Positions 18,593-28,764 are shown, numbered from the stretch's first letter. The stretch is 64,000 bases of DNA from an uncultured Sphingomonadaceae bacterium (GCA_947493955.1 CANLSQ010000002.1:578568-642567); one strand, 5' to 3'. Made by a program: numbers and translations. Notes: generated by a model not told the origin, from the sequence alone.

Positions 18593-20506
18593 TTAGCTTG
18601 TCGTTGCGGCTGGTGTGTACCAGATCGGCGATGAATAAGCCCGTTCTTGCTGAATCTTAATCACATCATCCGGCAGTGTCAGGCCGAATTTCAGCGCGTC
18701 GTAAACCGGCCATGTCGGTGTGGGAATTTCCAGCACGCGGACATAATAAAACGCATTTTGCGCCACGTCGAAATTCGGATCTTGCCACCATGTGGTCAGC
18801 TCCGGCGCACCGATATTATTCTCCCAAGTGCCCTTGGTGAGATCAACCGTGTTCCCGACAGCATCAAGTTTTCCGTCAGCGCCGACCTTACGGCTATCCG
18901 GGCTGCTCCAGCTGATATTGTAGATTTTCTCGTAGGATTTCCCGCTGGAATCGACCCAGCCTTTAACGACTTGAATGCGATCCAGATTTGCGCTTTCTGG
19001 GTCCATCAAGGCAGAGATCAGGAAGGTCGGTGCCTTGCCATCTCCGCCAGAAAGATCGCCGCCCATTGGCACGCCCTTCGCATAGCCAGTTTTGACGAGA
19101 TCGGCCGTATCGTCTTCGGTAAAATCAAATCCGCCAAAGAAACGTACCTGCATGCGTGGGCCAGTCGTCGCATAGACTTCACGGCGCATCATTGCATCGA
19201 AAATGGCTTCACGCGTGTTGCTGGTTGCCCAGACCGCGGCATATCCGCTCGACAGATAGTGCCAGCCGAAACGGCCCCTGCGTGTGCCTAGATTTTGCGG
19301 AGCAAGCGCTCGGTCCTTATTGTTGAACTCGTTGCCACTATGCTTGCCGAAAAAGTTATTCTCATCAGCTGTGGCGAGTGAAGTGTGGCTATCGGTCGAA
19401 CCGATCATGCCGAATTTGAAAGGATTCGCTCCTATTTTCAGCGTGAATTCCAGACCGCGCTTCAACGCCTCGCGGGCATAGCTGCCACCGTAGCTTTCCG
19501 GTGGCATATTCTTGCCGCAGCTCAGGTTGCATTTGTCCCAACCGGCATCACCAAAATCGGCAAATTCATCATTGGGGGAAAGGAACGGATGGCTTTCGCT
19601 GTCGCCCTTAATCTGCGTCACCTCGACAATTGGCTCGCGCAGCGCACGTGTTTTTATATACGCCTCGTCAATGGGACTGCCGTCCAGCTTGTTCATCGCA
19701 AACATGCGGCCATTGGACACATTGCTGTTGTGCGGAATGGCAAGGACTTTTCCGCCAGTGCTTTTTTCATAGGCCGCCATATAGGCCCAAAGCTGTTCCG
19801 GATCGCCAGCGTCAAAGCTGGCAAAGGGGAGCATGGTGCTGGTCTTGTCCCCGCCGTCGCGGAACATCACCACGCGGTGCAGATTATCTCCGCCGGGCAT
19901 CGGCGTATATTCAAACCCGTGAAAGGCGGTAAACTTGCCGGGCTCATTATATTCGTCGAGCTTCTCACCATGTTCGGTCCACAACGATTTGATCCGGTCT
20001 GCGGATTCTTCCGGATCGAAAAGACCTTCGGGTAAAGTTCCCGCAGCAGCGCCATCGATCAGTTCGGCTGTGACCGCCAGTGACCCTTCATCGCTTTCGT
20101 GCATCATGTCGTACCAGCGGAGCAAAAAATCATTGCCCAAAAGCGCAATACGCGGGGCTTCATAAAGCGCCTTGGTTGCGCCCACCGCGTCGCTATGGTC
20201 CGCGATAACCAGAAAGTCGAGCGGGCGGGAAAGCTTGGCTTTTTCGCCCTTGGTTGCTGTCACTTCCTCGCCTTTGGCAAAGCGCAAGGCTGCCTCTGTG
20301 TCGAGCCGGTTGCCAAAACCAAATGCATCAATGCTGTTGTCGGTGTGGAGATGGGTATCGCCCCAGAAGACCTGTTCGGGATATTCGGTATTGGTGACTT
20401 CGGCGCCCGAGCCACCAGATCCGCCATCTTTGCTGCATCCTGAAATGGCCAGTGCCGCCGAGCAGGCCGCGAGTAAAAGTGCTTTGCGCATCATATTTTC
20501 CCTCAT
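18593..20506 (-). CDS. DUF3604 domain lipoprotein (PHP-like metal-dependent phosphoesterase fold)
   Basis: 637 aa. It has a lipoprotein signal (LAISGC) and an N-terminal WGDTHLHT metal-binding His motif, and is DUF3604-like over its whole length. Confidence 0.7.
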   Translation of the reverse strand: MRENMMRKALLLAACSAALAISGCSKDGGSGGSGAEVTNTEYPEQVFWGDTHLHTDNSIDAFGFGNRLDTEAALRFAKGEEVTATKGEKAKLSRPLDFLVIADHSDAVGATKALYEAPRIALLGNDFLLRWYDMMHESDEGSLAVTAELIDGAAAGTLPEGLFDPEESADRIKSLWTEHGEKLDEYNEPGKFTAFHGFEYTPMPGGDNLHRVVMFRDGGDKTSTMLPFASFDAGDPEQLWAYMAAYEKSTGGKVLAIPHNSNVSNGRMFAMNKLDGSPIDEAYIKTRALREPIVEVTQIKGDSESHPFLSPNDEFADFGDAGWDKCNLSCGKNMPPESYGGSYAREALKRGLEFTLKIGANPFKFGMIGSTDSHTSLATADENNFFGKHSGNEFNNKDRALAPQNLGTRRGRFGWHYLSSGYAAVWATSNTREAIFDAMMRREVYATTGPRMQVRFFGGFDFTEDDTADLVKTGYAKGVPMGGDLSGGDGKAPTFLISALMDPESANLDRIQVVKGWVDSSGKSYEKIYNISWSSPDSRKVGADGKLDAVGNTVDLTKGTWENNIGAPELTTWWQDPNFDVAQNAFYYVRVLEIPTPTWPVYDALKFGLTLPDDVIKIQQERAYSSPIWYTPAATTS

Positions 20507-20625
20507 CCTATGGAGAGAAAACTATCGGTCATCCGGTCATCGCGCAAGGATTTCATAACGAGTCATTTTATCAGGCGGATTCCGTAGCGTCATCGCTATG
20601 ACATGTGAAGGCTGGCCAGTTGGCT

Positions 20626-21486
20626 TTAGCTGTCAGCGGAAAAATACGGCCGATCGCCAGCGATTGTAGCGCGCTCCATGATGCGCCGCGCGGGGAAATA
20701 ATCGGATGCAGCAAAATGCTGGGACGCGCGGTTATCCCAGAATGCGATAGCACCCCTGGTCCATTTGAAGCGGCATTGGATTTCCGGATTGGCAGCCGTT
20801 GCATAGAGTCTCCGAAGCAGTTCCTGGCTCTCGTCTGTATCCATGCCCACTATATGACTGGTGAAGGCACTGTTCACGTAAAGACTGCGCAATCCGGTCT
20901 CCGGATGCGTCCGTACGACCGGATGCTGTTGCGGCGGATATTGATCATGCAGTTCTTCCGGCTTTTTGTTCAGGCGTTTGGCGAACACTCTGGCGATATC
21001 ATGGACCGCTGTCAGGCCAGTAATCTTCTCCCGAGTTTCTTGTGGCAGTTTTTCATAAGCAAGGTTCATATTGGCAAATAGCGTATCCCCACCAACCGGC
21101 GGAATTTCGAGAGCGCTCAGCACCGATCCCAACGATGGTTCGGCGCGCCATGTAACATCACTGTGCCACATATTTTCCTGACCCCTGCTTTTCGCACCAT
21201 GTTCGATGCGCAATATCTCCGGGTTGGGTTGGTCCTTTGGTGTGGCAGGATGGATTTCCAAAGTCCCGAATCTCCTTGCAAAGTGCAGCAGCTGTTCTTG
21301 CTCGAGATTCTGATCGCGAAAGAAAATGACCTTGTGGTCAAGCAGAGCTTGCCGGATATTCGCAATTGTCTCGTCTGGCTGCGGGTCGGACAGATTAATG
21401 CCCGAAAGTTCGGCACCGATAGCGGGGGTCAGCGGATGAATCTCAAAAGCATTCTCTATCTCAGATGCCTGTGCCGCACTTGCCAT
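20626..21486 (-). CDS. TauD/TfdA family Fe(II)/2-oxoglutarate dioxygenase
   Basis: HxD...H facial triad context (WHSDVTW). The start is taken at the ATG at 21486, which has a strong GGGAGGA RBS. Confidence 0.85.
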   Translation of the reverse strand: MASAAQASEIENAFEIHPLTPAIGAELSGINLSDPQPDETIANIRQALLDHKVIFFRDQNLEQEQLLHFARRFGTLEIHPATPKDQPNPEILRIEHGAKSRGQENMWHSDVTWRAEPSLGSVLSALEIPPVGGDTLFANMNLAYEKLPQETREKITGLTAVHDIARVFAKRLNKKPEELHDQYPPQQHPVVRTHPETGLRSLYVNSAFTSHIVGMDTDESQELLRRLYATAANPEIQCRFKWTRGAIAFWDNRASQHFAASDYFPARRIMERATIAGDRPYFSADS

Positions 21487-21695
21487 GCCAAATCCTCCCA
21501 CTGTGTTTGTTATCAGGACTGTTATTAGCCTTTGATAGCATGATTGGTTGAACGGCCGCTACCATAAGATCGCCGAATATGACTTTACCGGCAGGATGGA
21601 TGAATAGATTGTGAGAAATTGTAATAAAGTTGCGTGGCTTGTTTACGGCAGGAAAATGAGCTGATACCAACAGGGTAGTTACAAAGGGAATCGCA

Positions 21696-23531
21696 ATGAC
21701 AAAATATGTCCTCCTCGCCACCACTGCCTTGCTTGCTGCTTGCTCACCCTCAAACGGAGAAGTTGCTAGCGCCAGCGGGAATGCATCGTCTGCGCCAGCG
21801 GAATCAGCCGAAGTCACTCAGGATATTAACACACGTCTCACTGCCTTTTTTGATGATTATGATCAGATAGAATTGGCAAACTCGCCCATTGCAAAATCCT
21901 TTCGCGGTATCCGGGACGAGGACTATGGGAAGCTTGATGATCCGAGCGATGTTGCAGCGGTTGAGCAATATGAGCGTGGTCAAGAGGCTTTGGTGGTGAT
22001 GGAAGCGGAGTTTGACGCAAGTCAATTGAACGAAGCCAATCAACTGAGTTATCGTCTATTTCAGGCACGGGCCGAACGATCTAAGGACGCTTTCCCGTTT
22101 CGTCGGAACGCTTATATTTTTGATCAGATGAATGGCGCGCAGAGCCAGATTCCAGCATTCATGATCAATATTCACCGCGTCAGCAACAAGGCGGATGCCG
22201 AAGCTTATGTAAGCCGGCTTAGCAATTCAGGGCCTTATATCGAAGCATTGGTCGCGCAATCGGCGGAGCGCGCGAACGATGGAATTATCGTTCCGGACTG
22301 GGTTTTTCCTTACGTGATCAACGATGCCAAAAATGTCATCAGTGGCGCACCCTTTGACACAGGCGCGGACTCCCCGATATTCGCTGATTTGAAAAAGAAG
22401 GTGAATGCGTTGTCCATTGCCGACAACGAAAAGGCCGACTTGATCGCACGGGGCCGTAACGCTTTGACCAACAGCCTGGCACCAGCCTATGAAAAACTGG
22501 TTGCTGAAATGGAACGTCAGCAGAAAATGGCGGTCGATGGCGATGGTGTGTGGCGATTCAAGGACGGCGCAGCTTATTATGCGGAGCGTCTGAAGAATTA
22601 CACAACGACCGATCTGACCGCTGACCAGATCCATCAAATCGGGCTGGACAATGTCGCACGCATCCATGGCGAAATGCGCAAAATCATGGCCAAGGTCGGT
22701 TTTGAAGGCAGTTTGCAGGACTTTTTCAAACATCTCAGAACAAGCGATCAATATTTCCACACCAGCCGGGAGGATTATCTTGCCGAGGCTAATCTGAAGC
22801 TGGACGCAATGGAAAAAGAGCTGCCGAAGTTTTTCAATACATTGCCAAAAGCGCCATTTGTCATAAAACCAGTGGAAGCTTTTCGTGAAAAATCAGCCGG
22901 TAAGGCTTTTTATCAACGGCCCGCGCCAGATGGATCACGGCCTGGCACTTATTATGTCAATCTCTATGACCTGAAAGGCATGTCGAAAACCGAGCTGGAG
23001 GCATTGGCTTATCACGAAGCGCTGCCGGGCCACCATTTGCAGCTCGCGATTCAGACGGAACTTGGGGATTTACCAGCATTCCGCAAATTTGGCGGAATCA
23101 CTGCTTATTCGGAAGGTTGGGGCCTCTACACCGAGGAGCTGGGCAAAGATATGGGCTTTTATACCGATCCCTATTCGGATTTCGGTCGCCTCGGCATGGA
23201 GCTTTGGCGCGCCTGCCGCCTGGTTGTCGACACCGGCATTCATGACAAGCGCTGGAGCCGCGAAAAAGCGATTAAATATCTGACCGACAATACGCCCAAT
23301 CCAGATAGCGATATTCGAAAGGCGATTGAGCGCTATATTGTCTATCCCGGCCAAGCGACCGCCTATATGATCGGCAAGCTTAAAATCATGGAATTGCGGG
23401 CAAGAGCGCAAAAAGAGTTGGGTGAAAAGTTTACCATGGGCGATTTCCATGACGTGATATTGCGCAGCGGACCTGTGCCTTTGAATATCATGGAAGAGCG
23501 GGTTGATAGCTGGATTGCCAAAACACGTTAG
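21696..23531 (+). CDS. DUF885 family lipoprotein (putative metallopeptidase)
   Basis: 611 aa with a lipobox (LLAACS) and a DUF885-like sequence that includes a HEALPGHH motif. Confidence 0.8.
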   Translation: MTKYVLLATTALLAACSPSNGEVASASGNASSAPAESAEVTQDINTRLTAFFDDYDQIELANSPIAKSFRGIRDEDYGKLDDPSDVAAVEQYERGQEALVVMEAEFDASQLNEANQLSYRLFQARAERSKDAFPFRRNAYIFDQMNGAQSQIPAFMINIHRVSNKADAEAYVSRLSNSGPYIEALVAQSAERANDGIIVPDWVFPYVINDAKNVISGAPFDTGADSPIFADLKKKVNALSIADNEKADLIARGRNALTNSLAPAYEKLVAEMERQQKMAVDGDGVWRFKDGAAYYAERLKNYTTTDLTADQIHQIGLDNVARIHGEMRKIMAKVGFEGSLQDFFKHLRTSDQYFHTSREDYLAEANLKLDAMEKELPKFFNTLPKAPFVIKPVEAFREKSAGKAFYQRPAPDGSRPGTYYVNLYDLKGMSKTELEALAYHEALPGHHLQLAIQTELGDLPAFRKFGGITAYSEGWGLYTEELGKDMGFYTDPYSDFGRLGMELWRACRLVVDTGIHDKRWSREKAIKYLTDNTPNPDSDIRKAIERYIVYPGQATAYMIGKLKIMELRARAQKELGEKFTMGDFHDVILRSGPVPLNIMEERVDSWIAKTR

Positions 23532-23691
23532 GCGCGGCAAATCGGCCGGGGCATGGCCGTAATTGTCAACAAATAAAGCGGGATATTGTCCTTTTTGTCC
23601 AATCCTCGCGTCGCGGTTTGGGTGCATTTACGTGTTGCGACCCAAAGAACCCCACCCGCAACGATTTTGCGGAATGGACTTCTTTTCCTTA

Positions 23692-23741
23692 TTGGCCTGG
23701 CCAATTAATTGGCCAGGCCAGTTTTTTTTCCTATTTTTTTT
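23692..23741 (+). terminator. 29 bp near-perfect palindrome TTGGCCTGGCCAATT|AATTGGCCAGGCCA followed by T8, acting as a rho-independent terminator (possible small RNA 3' end)
   Basis: Seen directly, about 160 bp downstream of the DUF885 stop. It is preceded by a second hairpin CCGCAA-cgatt-TTGCGG at 23656-23672. Confidence 0.5.
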
Positions 23742-23773
23742 GGCTATAAGCGTGCAACCAATGGAATGCCGGT

Positions 23774-24646
23774 TTGCCCCCGAACCGGGAAAAGGGGTTC
23801 GTTTTGGTAAGTCTGAGATATTTCGCGCCTGCAGAAGATGTACGAGACTTAGTCTCGGTCTATTATTTATTTGAGGTCGAGCACCCTAAATTTGCAGATA
23901 ATGAGCGTGCTGCCATTGCGCAGCTGCGTTTTCTTTTGGAGGGCACAGCTGAGCTCGGTTTTGCGGATGGAAAAACTTATTCTGCCAAAGACTCGATGCT
24001 GGTTGGCCCCTCAACCGGCGCAATGCATTTTGATGTGAAAGGCCCGTTTCGCATGTTTGGCGTCGGTTTGCTGCCTGCGGGCTGGGCTGCGTTGACAAAA
24101 AAATCCGCTGCTGATTTTGCCGACAAGGCTGTGCCCGCCGGCAAGATATTTACAGATGAGATCGACAAAAGCCTTGAGTTGCTGAGGAATTGCAAGGATG
24201 TGGATGACATGACCGCCTGGGCCGACCGGGTTTTTCGGGATTTGCGGCACCGCGTGAAACCCGAGGTCCGGCAGTTTACAAAAATGGTGGACGAATGGCT
24301 GTCGTCCGAACCATCGCCGCCAGTAAGCGCGCTAATGGAGCGATCGGATCAAAGTTCTCGTCAGGTGCTGCGCACGGTCAACAAGCTTTACGGTATGGCG
24401 CCCAAATATCTCGCACGCAAATATCGCGCGTTGCGGGCAGCCCGGGCTTATGCGGAACAGAATGAGGATGAGCTGCTTGCACTGGAAGACTCCTTTTACG
24501 ACCAGTCGCATATGATACGTGAGATAAAGTTTTTCGCTGGAACGACGCCGACCAAATTACGGGTTGCCGAGGGGGAAACTGCGAAGCTGATAGACCAGCG
24601 CGGCCTTCTGAAAGGACATATCCCCCCTCTCACTTCCGATACATAG
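23774..24646 (+). CDS. AraC family transcriptional regulator
   Basis: C-terminal AraC-type HTH (YDQSHMIREIKFFAGTTPTKLR). The start is uncertain; a TTG at about 23810 with a GGGG RBS is an alternative. Confidence 0.65.
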   Translation: MPPNREKGFVLVSLRYFAPAEDVRDLVSVYYLFEVEHPKFADNERAAIAQLRFLLEGTAELGFADGKTYSAKDSMLVGPSTGAMHFDVKGPFRMFGVGLLPAGWAALTKKSAADFADKAVPAGKIFTDEIDKSLELLRNCKDVDDMTAWADRVFRDLRHRVKPEVRQFTKMVDEWLSSEPSPPVSALMERSDQSSRQVLRTVNKLYGMAPKYLARKYRALRAARAYAEQNEDELLALEDSFYDQSHMIREIKFFAGTTPTKLRVAEGETAKLIDQRGLLKGHIPPLTSDT

Positions 24647-24677
24647 CACTCACTGGGAGTTGCAATCCTTCTTAAAT

Positions 24678-24699
24678 ACGACTAAATAAGTCTTATTTA
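24678..24699. promoter_or_regulatory. IscR type-1-like box (ataCGACTAAATAAGTCttat) upstream of the Rrf2 regulator gene
   Basis: A palindrome TAAATAAG-T-CTTATTTA. Its GACT-N5-AGTC core matches the established IscR type-1 consensus core. It lies about 30 bp upstream of the Rrf2 start. Confidence 0.5.
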
Positions 24700-24727
24700 G
24701 AGAATCACAGGAATTTTGAGAGATTTT

Positions 24728-25183
24728 ATGCGGCTTTCCAGCCTTGCCGACTATGCTGTTGTGCTGATGTCTGCTGCCTCGCGGCACTGCGGCGCTGCGC
24801 TTTTGGCAGAGGGAAAGCTTAACGCATCTACATTGTCCCAGGAAACAGGCGTGCCGTTACCGACGACGCAAAAACTGGTCAGTCGTTTATCTGCGGCAGG
24901 ATTGATCGAATCAACCCGCGGTATTGGTGGCGGAATTCGGTTGGCGCGCCCGCCTGCGTCCATCAGCCTCGCAGATATTGTCGAGGCAGTGGAAGGGCCT
25001 CTGGCGATTACATGCTGCACGATTGAGGGCAATCATGATTGTGCACTGGAAGACAGCTGTACGGTCAAGCCGCATTGGGGTGTGATCAACCAGACTATCC
25101 GGAAAGCATTGGACGACGTTAGCCTTGCAAGCCTGGCAGAGAAGCCGGCTGCACAGACAATCAAAACTATGGAACAAGCGTGA
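24728..25183 (+). CDS. Rrf2 family Fe-S cluster-binding transcriptional regulator (IscR-like regulator of the suf operon)
   Basis: N-terminal wHTH ([14 protein letters not shown]) and a Cys cluster ([16 protein letters not shown]). Its stop overlaps the sufB start. Confidence 0.85.
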   Translation: MRLSSLADYAVVLMSAASRHCGAALLAEGKLNASTLSQETGVPLPTTQKLVSRLSAAGLIESTRGIGGGIRLARPPASISLADIVEAVEGPLAITCCTIEGNHDCALEDSCTVKPHWGVINQTIRKALDDVSLASLAEKPAAQTIKTMEQA

Positions 25184-26694
25184 TGAGTGAAGAAGTAAAA
25201 ACGGATCTTCAGGAACAGGATGAACGTGCGGCGATGAATGCCGAAGCGCAGGCGGCTGTCGATAATGCCAGCAGCTATGAATTTGGCTGGTCGTCCGACA
25301 TCGAACAGGATTTTGCGCCCAAGGGTCTGAACGAAGATACGGTGCGCTTCATTTCCGACAAAAAAGGCGAGCCGCAATGGATGCTGGACTGGCGCCTCAA
25401 GGCTTTTCGCATGTGGGAAACCATGGAAAGTCCGGACTGGGCCAAGCTCGACATCCCGATGATCGACTATCAGGACGCTTATTATTATGCCGAGCCCAAG
25501 GCGAAGCCAAAGCTGAACAGCCTCGATGAGGTCGATCCGGAAATCCTGCGGGTTTATGAAAAACTTGGCATTCCCATTGAAGAGCAAAAGGTACTCGCGG
25601 GCGTCGAAGGCGCGCGCAAGGTTGCTGTGGACGCGGTGTTTGACAGTGTGTCGGTGGCCACAACCTTCCGCGAAGAACTGGAAGAAGCGGGCGTGATTTT
25701 CCGTTCTATCTCCGAAGCGATCAAGGAATATCCCGACCTTGTCCGAAAATATCTCGGCAAGGTCGTGCCGATGAAGGATAATTATTTCGCGACGCTCAAC
25801 TGCGCCGTATTTAGCGATGGGACATTCGTCTATATTCCCAAAGGTGTGCGCTGCCCGATGGAGCTTTCCACCTATTTCCGGATCAATGCCGAAAATACCG
25901 GCCAGTTTGAACGGACTTTGATCGTCGCGGATGAAGGCAGCTATGTCAGCTATCTCGAAGGCTGTACCGCGCCGATGCGTGATGAGAATCAGCTGCATGC
26001 CGCGGTGGTCGAACTGGTCGCGATGGACGATGCGGAGATTAAATATAGCACAGTCCAGAACTGGTACCCCGGCGATGAAGAAGGCAAAGGCGGGATTTAT
26101 AATTTCGTGACCAAACGCGGCCTGTGTCAGGGCAAGAACAGCAAAATCAGCTGGACCCAGGTCGAGACCGGCAGCGCCGTGACCTGGAAATATCCAAGCT
26201 GTGTGCTCAACGGCGAAAATAGCGTGGGCGAATTTTACTCGGTTGCACTGACCAATAATTATCAGCAGGCCGATACCGGCACCAAGATGATTCACAATGG
26301 CAAGAACAGCCGATCAACGATCATCTCGAAAGGGATCAGTGCGGGTAAAAGCGACAACACCTATCGCGGTCTGGTTCGCGTCGGCGCCAATGCGGAAAAT
26401 GTCCGCAATTTCACCCAATGTGACTCGCTGCTGCTCGGCGATACCTGCGGCGCGCATACCGTGCCTTATATCGAGGTGAAAAACCCGAGCGCGCAGATTG
26501 AGCATGAAGCCACGACGTCAAAGATCAGCGATGACCAGATGTTCTACGCCCAGCAACGCGGGCTGGACGAGGAAGAAGCGGTATCCCTGATCGTCAATGG
26601 CTTTGCCAAGGATGTGCTGAAACAATTGCCGATGGAATTTGCCGTGGAAGCCCAGAAATTGCTGGCCATCTCGCTCGAGGGGAGTGTGGGGTGA
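25180..26694 (+). CDS. sufB: Fe-S cluster assembly protein SufB
   Basis: 504 aa. Clearly SufB by sequence pattern (conserved [21 protein letters not shown] motif). Confidence 0.95.
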   Translation: MMSEEVKTDLQEQDERAAMNAEAQAAVDNASSYEFGWSSDIEQDFAPKGLNEDTVRFISDKKGEPQWMLDWRLKAFRMWETMESPDWAKLDIPMIDYQDAYYYAEPKAKPKLNSLDEVDPEILRVYEKLGIPIEEQKVLAGVEGARKVAVDAVFDSVSVATTFREELEEAGVIFRSISEAIKEYPDLVRKYLGKVVPMKDNYFATLNCAVFSDGTFVYIPKGVRCPMELSTYFRINAENTGQFERTLIVADEGSYVSYLEGCTAPMRDENQLHAAVVELVAMDDAEIKYSTVQNWYPGDEEGKGGIYNFVTKRGLCQGKNSKISWTQVETGSAVTWKYPSCVLNGENSVGEFYSVALTNNYQQADTGTKMIHNGKNSRSTIISKGISAGKSDNTYRGLVRVGANAENVRNFTQCDSLLLGDTCGAHTVPYIEVKNPSAQIEHEATTSKISDDQMFYAQQRGLDEEEAVSLIVNGFAKDVLKQLPMEFAVEAQKLLAISLEGSVG

Positions 26695-26939
26695 GTGAGG
26701 CAATCAAGCAATTGGTTGAGATCGCCAAAGGTGAAGGCTTAGAGGCACATGCTAGCCAATGGTCCAAGGCATTTGTCCATTGGTTCGATCGGCCAATGCC
26801 CCAAAGTGTGCGCGAAGCGGCTGAAGCTCATCCCAGTTTGGAGTATTCTAAGGATCCAGAAGTACCTTGGACTCCTGCACATGAACAGTTTTTTGATCCA
26901 GCGACGCGGATAGCAATAGTCTTTGAAACAGGTAAATAA
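26691..26939 (+). CDS. Hypothetical 82 aa protein inserted between sufB and sufC
   Basis: Its GTG start overlaps the sufB stop (GTGA) and its stop lies 3 nt before the sufC ATG, filling the 248 bp gap. No recognisable family. Local GC is lower than in the flanking genes. Confidence 0.5.
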   Translation: MSEAIKQLVEIAKGEGLEAHASQWSKAFVHWFDRPMPQSVREAAEAHPSLEYSKDPEVPWTPAHEQFFDPATRIAIVFETGK

Positions 26940-26942
26940 AGA

Positions 26943-27686
26943 ATGCTAAAAATTGAAAACCTCCACGCCAATGTTGGCGATACAGAAATCCTCAAAGGAC
27001 TCTCACTCGAGCTTAATGCGGGCGAAATCCATGCGATCATGGGTCCCAATGGCGCAGGCAAGTCGACGCTGTCTTACGCGCTCGGCGGACGGCCCGGCTA
27101 TGAAATCACGTCTGGAAGTGTGAACTTTGACGGACAGGATTTGCTCGAGCTTGATCCCCATGAGCGGGCAGCCGCGGGTATCTTCCTTGGCTTTCAATAT
27201 CCGGTTGAGATTCCCGGTGTATCCAACCTGCAGTTCCTGCGCGAAAGTCTTAACAGCCAGCGCAAGTCGCGCGGGGAAGAGCCTTTATCGGGCGCCGAAT
27301 TTATCAAGTTGGCCAAGGAAAAGTCAGCGCTGCTGAAAATGGACATGGATATGCTCAAACGCGCGGTCAATGTCGGTTTCTCCGGCGGCGAAAAGAAACG
27401 CAACGAGATGGTGCAAATGGGGATTATCGATCCCAAACTTGCAATCCTCGACGAAACTGATAGCGGTCTCGACATTGATGCGCTGCGCGTTGTCGGATCG
27501 GGTATCAATGCGATCATGCGCCAACCGGACAAGGCGGTGTTGCTGATTACTCACTATCAACGTCTGCTCGACGAAGTGAAGCCGGACTATGTGCATGTTC
27601 TGGCAGATGGTCGGATTGTCAAAACGGGTGGCCCTGAACTGGCGCTACAGCTCGAAGAAGAAGGTTATGAGGCGGTGGCCGCATGA
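26943..27686 (+). CDS. sufC: Fe-S cluster assembly ATPase SufC
   Basis: ABC ATPase with Walker A (GPNGAGKST), an ABC signature (FSGGEKKR) and Walker B (ILDETDSGLD). Confidence 0.95.
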   Translation: MLKIENLHANVGDTEILKGLSLELNAGEIHAIMGPNGAGKSTLSYALGGRPGYEITSGSVNFDGQDLLELDPHERAAAGIFLGFQYPVEIPGVSNLQFLRESLNSQRKSRGEEPLSGAEFIKLAKEKSALLKMDMDMLKRAVNVGFSGGEKKRNEMVQMGIIDPKLAILDETDSGLDIDALRVVGSGINAIMRQPDKAVLLITHYQRLLDEVKPDYVHVLADGRIVKTGGPELALQLEEEGYEAVAA

Positions 27687-28009
27687 TCTTGACTGTCCTC
27701 TTGATGGCAGCGGTGCAACCGGCTGCGCCTTCGGTCGAAAATGAGGTGGTCGAGAATGAGATTGTCGTCATCGGGCGGCGATTGAACAGCATATCAGCCA
27801 TGGTTGGCAAAGACCAAAAAGGCCGTTTCACTTGTTCACTCGACAAGTCTTCCGGCAATATCAATTTGGACAAGCGACTGTGTAAAACAACTGTGCGGTG
27901 TATCCGCGACGGGGCCGCCGATGACGGCGCCATTAAAAGCTGTGTCGATGCGGAAAAGCCAAAATTGATGGCCAAATTACGCCGCGAATTACAAAGGTCT
28001 CAGCCATGA
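27683..28009 (+). CDS. Hypothetical 108 aa secreted protein with 4 Cys, inserted between sufC and sufD
   Basis: Its start overlaps the sufC stop and its stop overlaps the sufD start (ATGA at both ends). It has an N-terminal signal-like hydrophobic segment (MILTVLLMAAVQPAAP). Confidence 0.5.
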   Translation: MILTVLLMAAVQPAAPSVENEVVENEIVVIGRRLNSISAMVGKDQKGRFTCSLDKSSGNINLDKRLCKTTVRCIRDGAADDGAIKSCVDAEKPKLMAKLRRELQRSQP

Positions 28010-28764
28010 CTGCAACACTTCCCCTCCCGACCAAGCGCGATGAGGCGTGGCGTTATGCGGACCTGAAAGCGCTTGAACCGGTCTGGCCCAAGCTGGATGG
28101 TCCGGAGCGGCTGGTCGTTGCGGCCGGTGAGACCGCTTCACGCCAGATCACAGAGCTGCCGATGATGGAAGGCGTCGGCATTGTCGATCTGGACATTACC
28201 GTTGGCGATAACGCGAATTTCGCTTTGCATGTGCTGGCAAGTGCTGCCGACTATGGTCGCATTCAGGTCAAAGTGACGCTCGGCAAAGGCGCGCATTTTG
28301 AACTGGGCGGCGCGATATTGGGCAGCGGCACACAGACTCTGGAAATCGTGACCGAGACTATTCATGCTGAACCGAATGCAACGTCTAATCAGGTCGTGCG
28401 CTCGGTACTGTCAGGCAAAGCCACCGGCAGTTTCCTCGGCAAGATCAATGTTGCACGCGATGCGCAAAAAACCGATGCCGCGCAATCGGTCAAAGCCATG
28501 CTACTCGACCGCACTGCAACTGCCAATGCCAAGCCGGAGCTGGAAATTTTCGCTGACGATGTGAAATGTGCCCATGGCGCAACCGTTGGCGAACTCGACA
28601 AGCAAGCGCTGTTCTATATGGCCTCGCGCGGATTGTCACCGGAACTGGCGCAGAAATTGATGCTGCAGGCGTTTATCGCCGATGCTTTCGTCAGCATGGA
28701 CGATGACGCGGCGCGCGAAGCGATTGAGAGCAAGGCGCTTGAGGTGCTGGAGCGGCTGTCATGA
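28006..28764 (+). CDS. sufD: Fe-S cluster assembly protein SufD (short alphaproteobacterial form)
   Basis: 252 aa. SufBD-fold C-terminal motif (ELEIFADDVKCAHGATVGELD). Position is sufC-X-sufD-sufS. Confidence 0.85.
   Translation: MTATLPLPTKRDEAWRYADLKALEPVWPKLDGPERLVVAAGETASRQITELPMMEGVGIVDLDITVGDNANFALHVLASAADYGRIQVKVTLGKGAHFELGGAILGSGTQTLEIVTETIHAEPNATSNQVVRSVLSGKATGSFLGKINVARDAQKTDAAQSVKAMLLDRTATANAKPELEIFADDVKCAHGATVGELDKQALFYMASRGLSPELAQKLMLQAFIADAFVSMDDDAAREAIESKALEVLERLS

Noticed and set aside
25033-26295. 420 aa minus-strand ORF opposite sufB
   Set aside because: Shadow ORF of sufB in GC-rich sequence.
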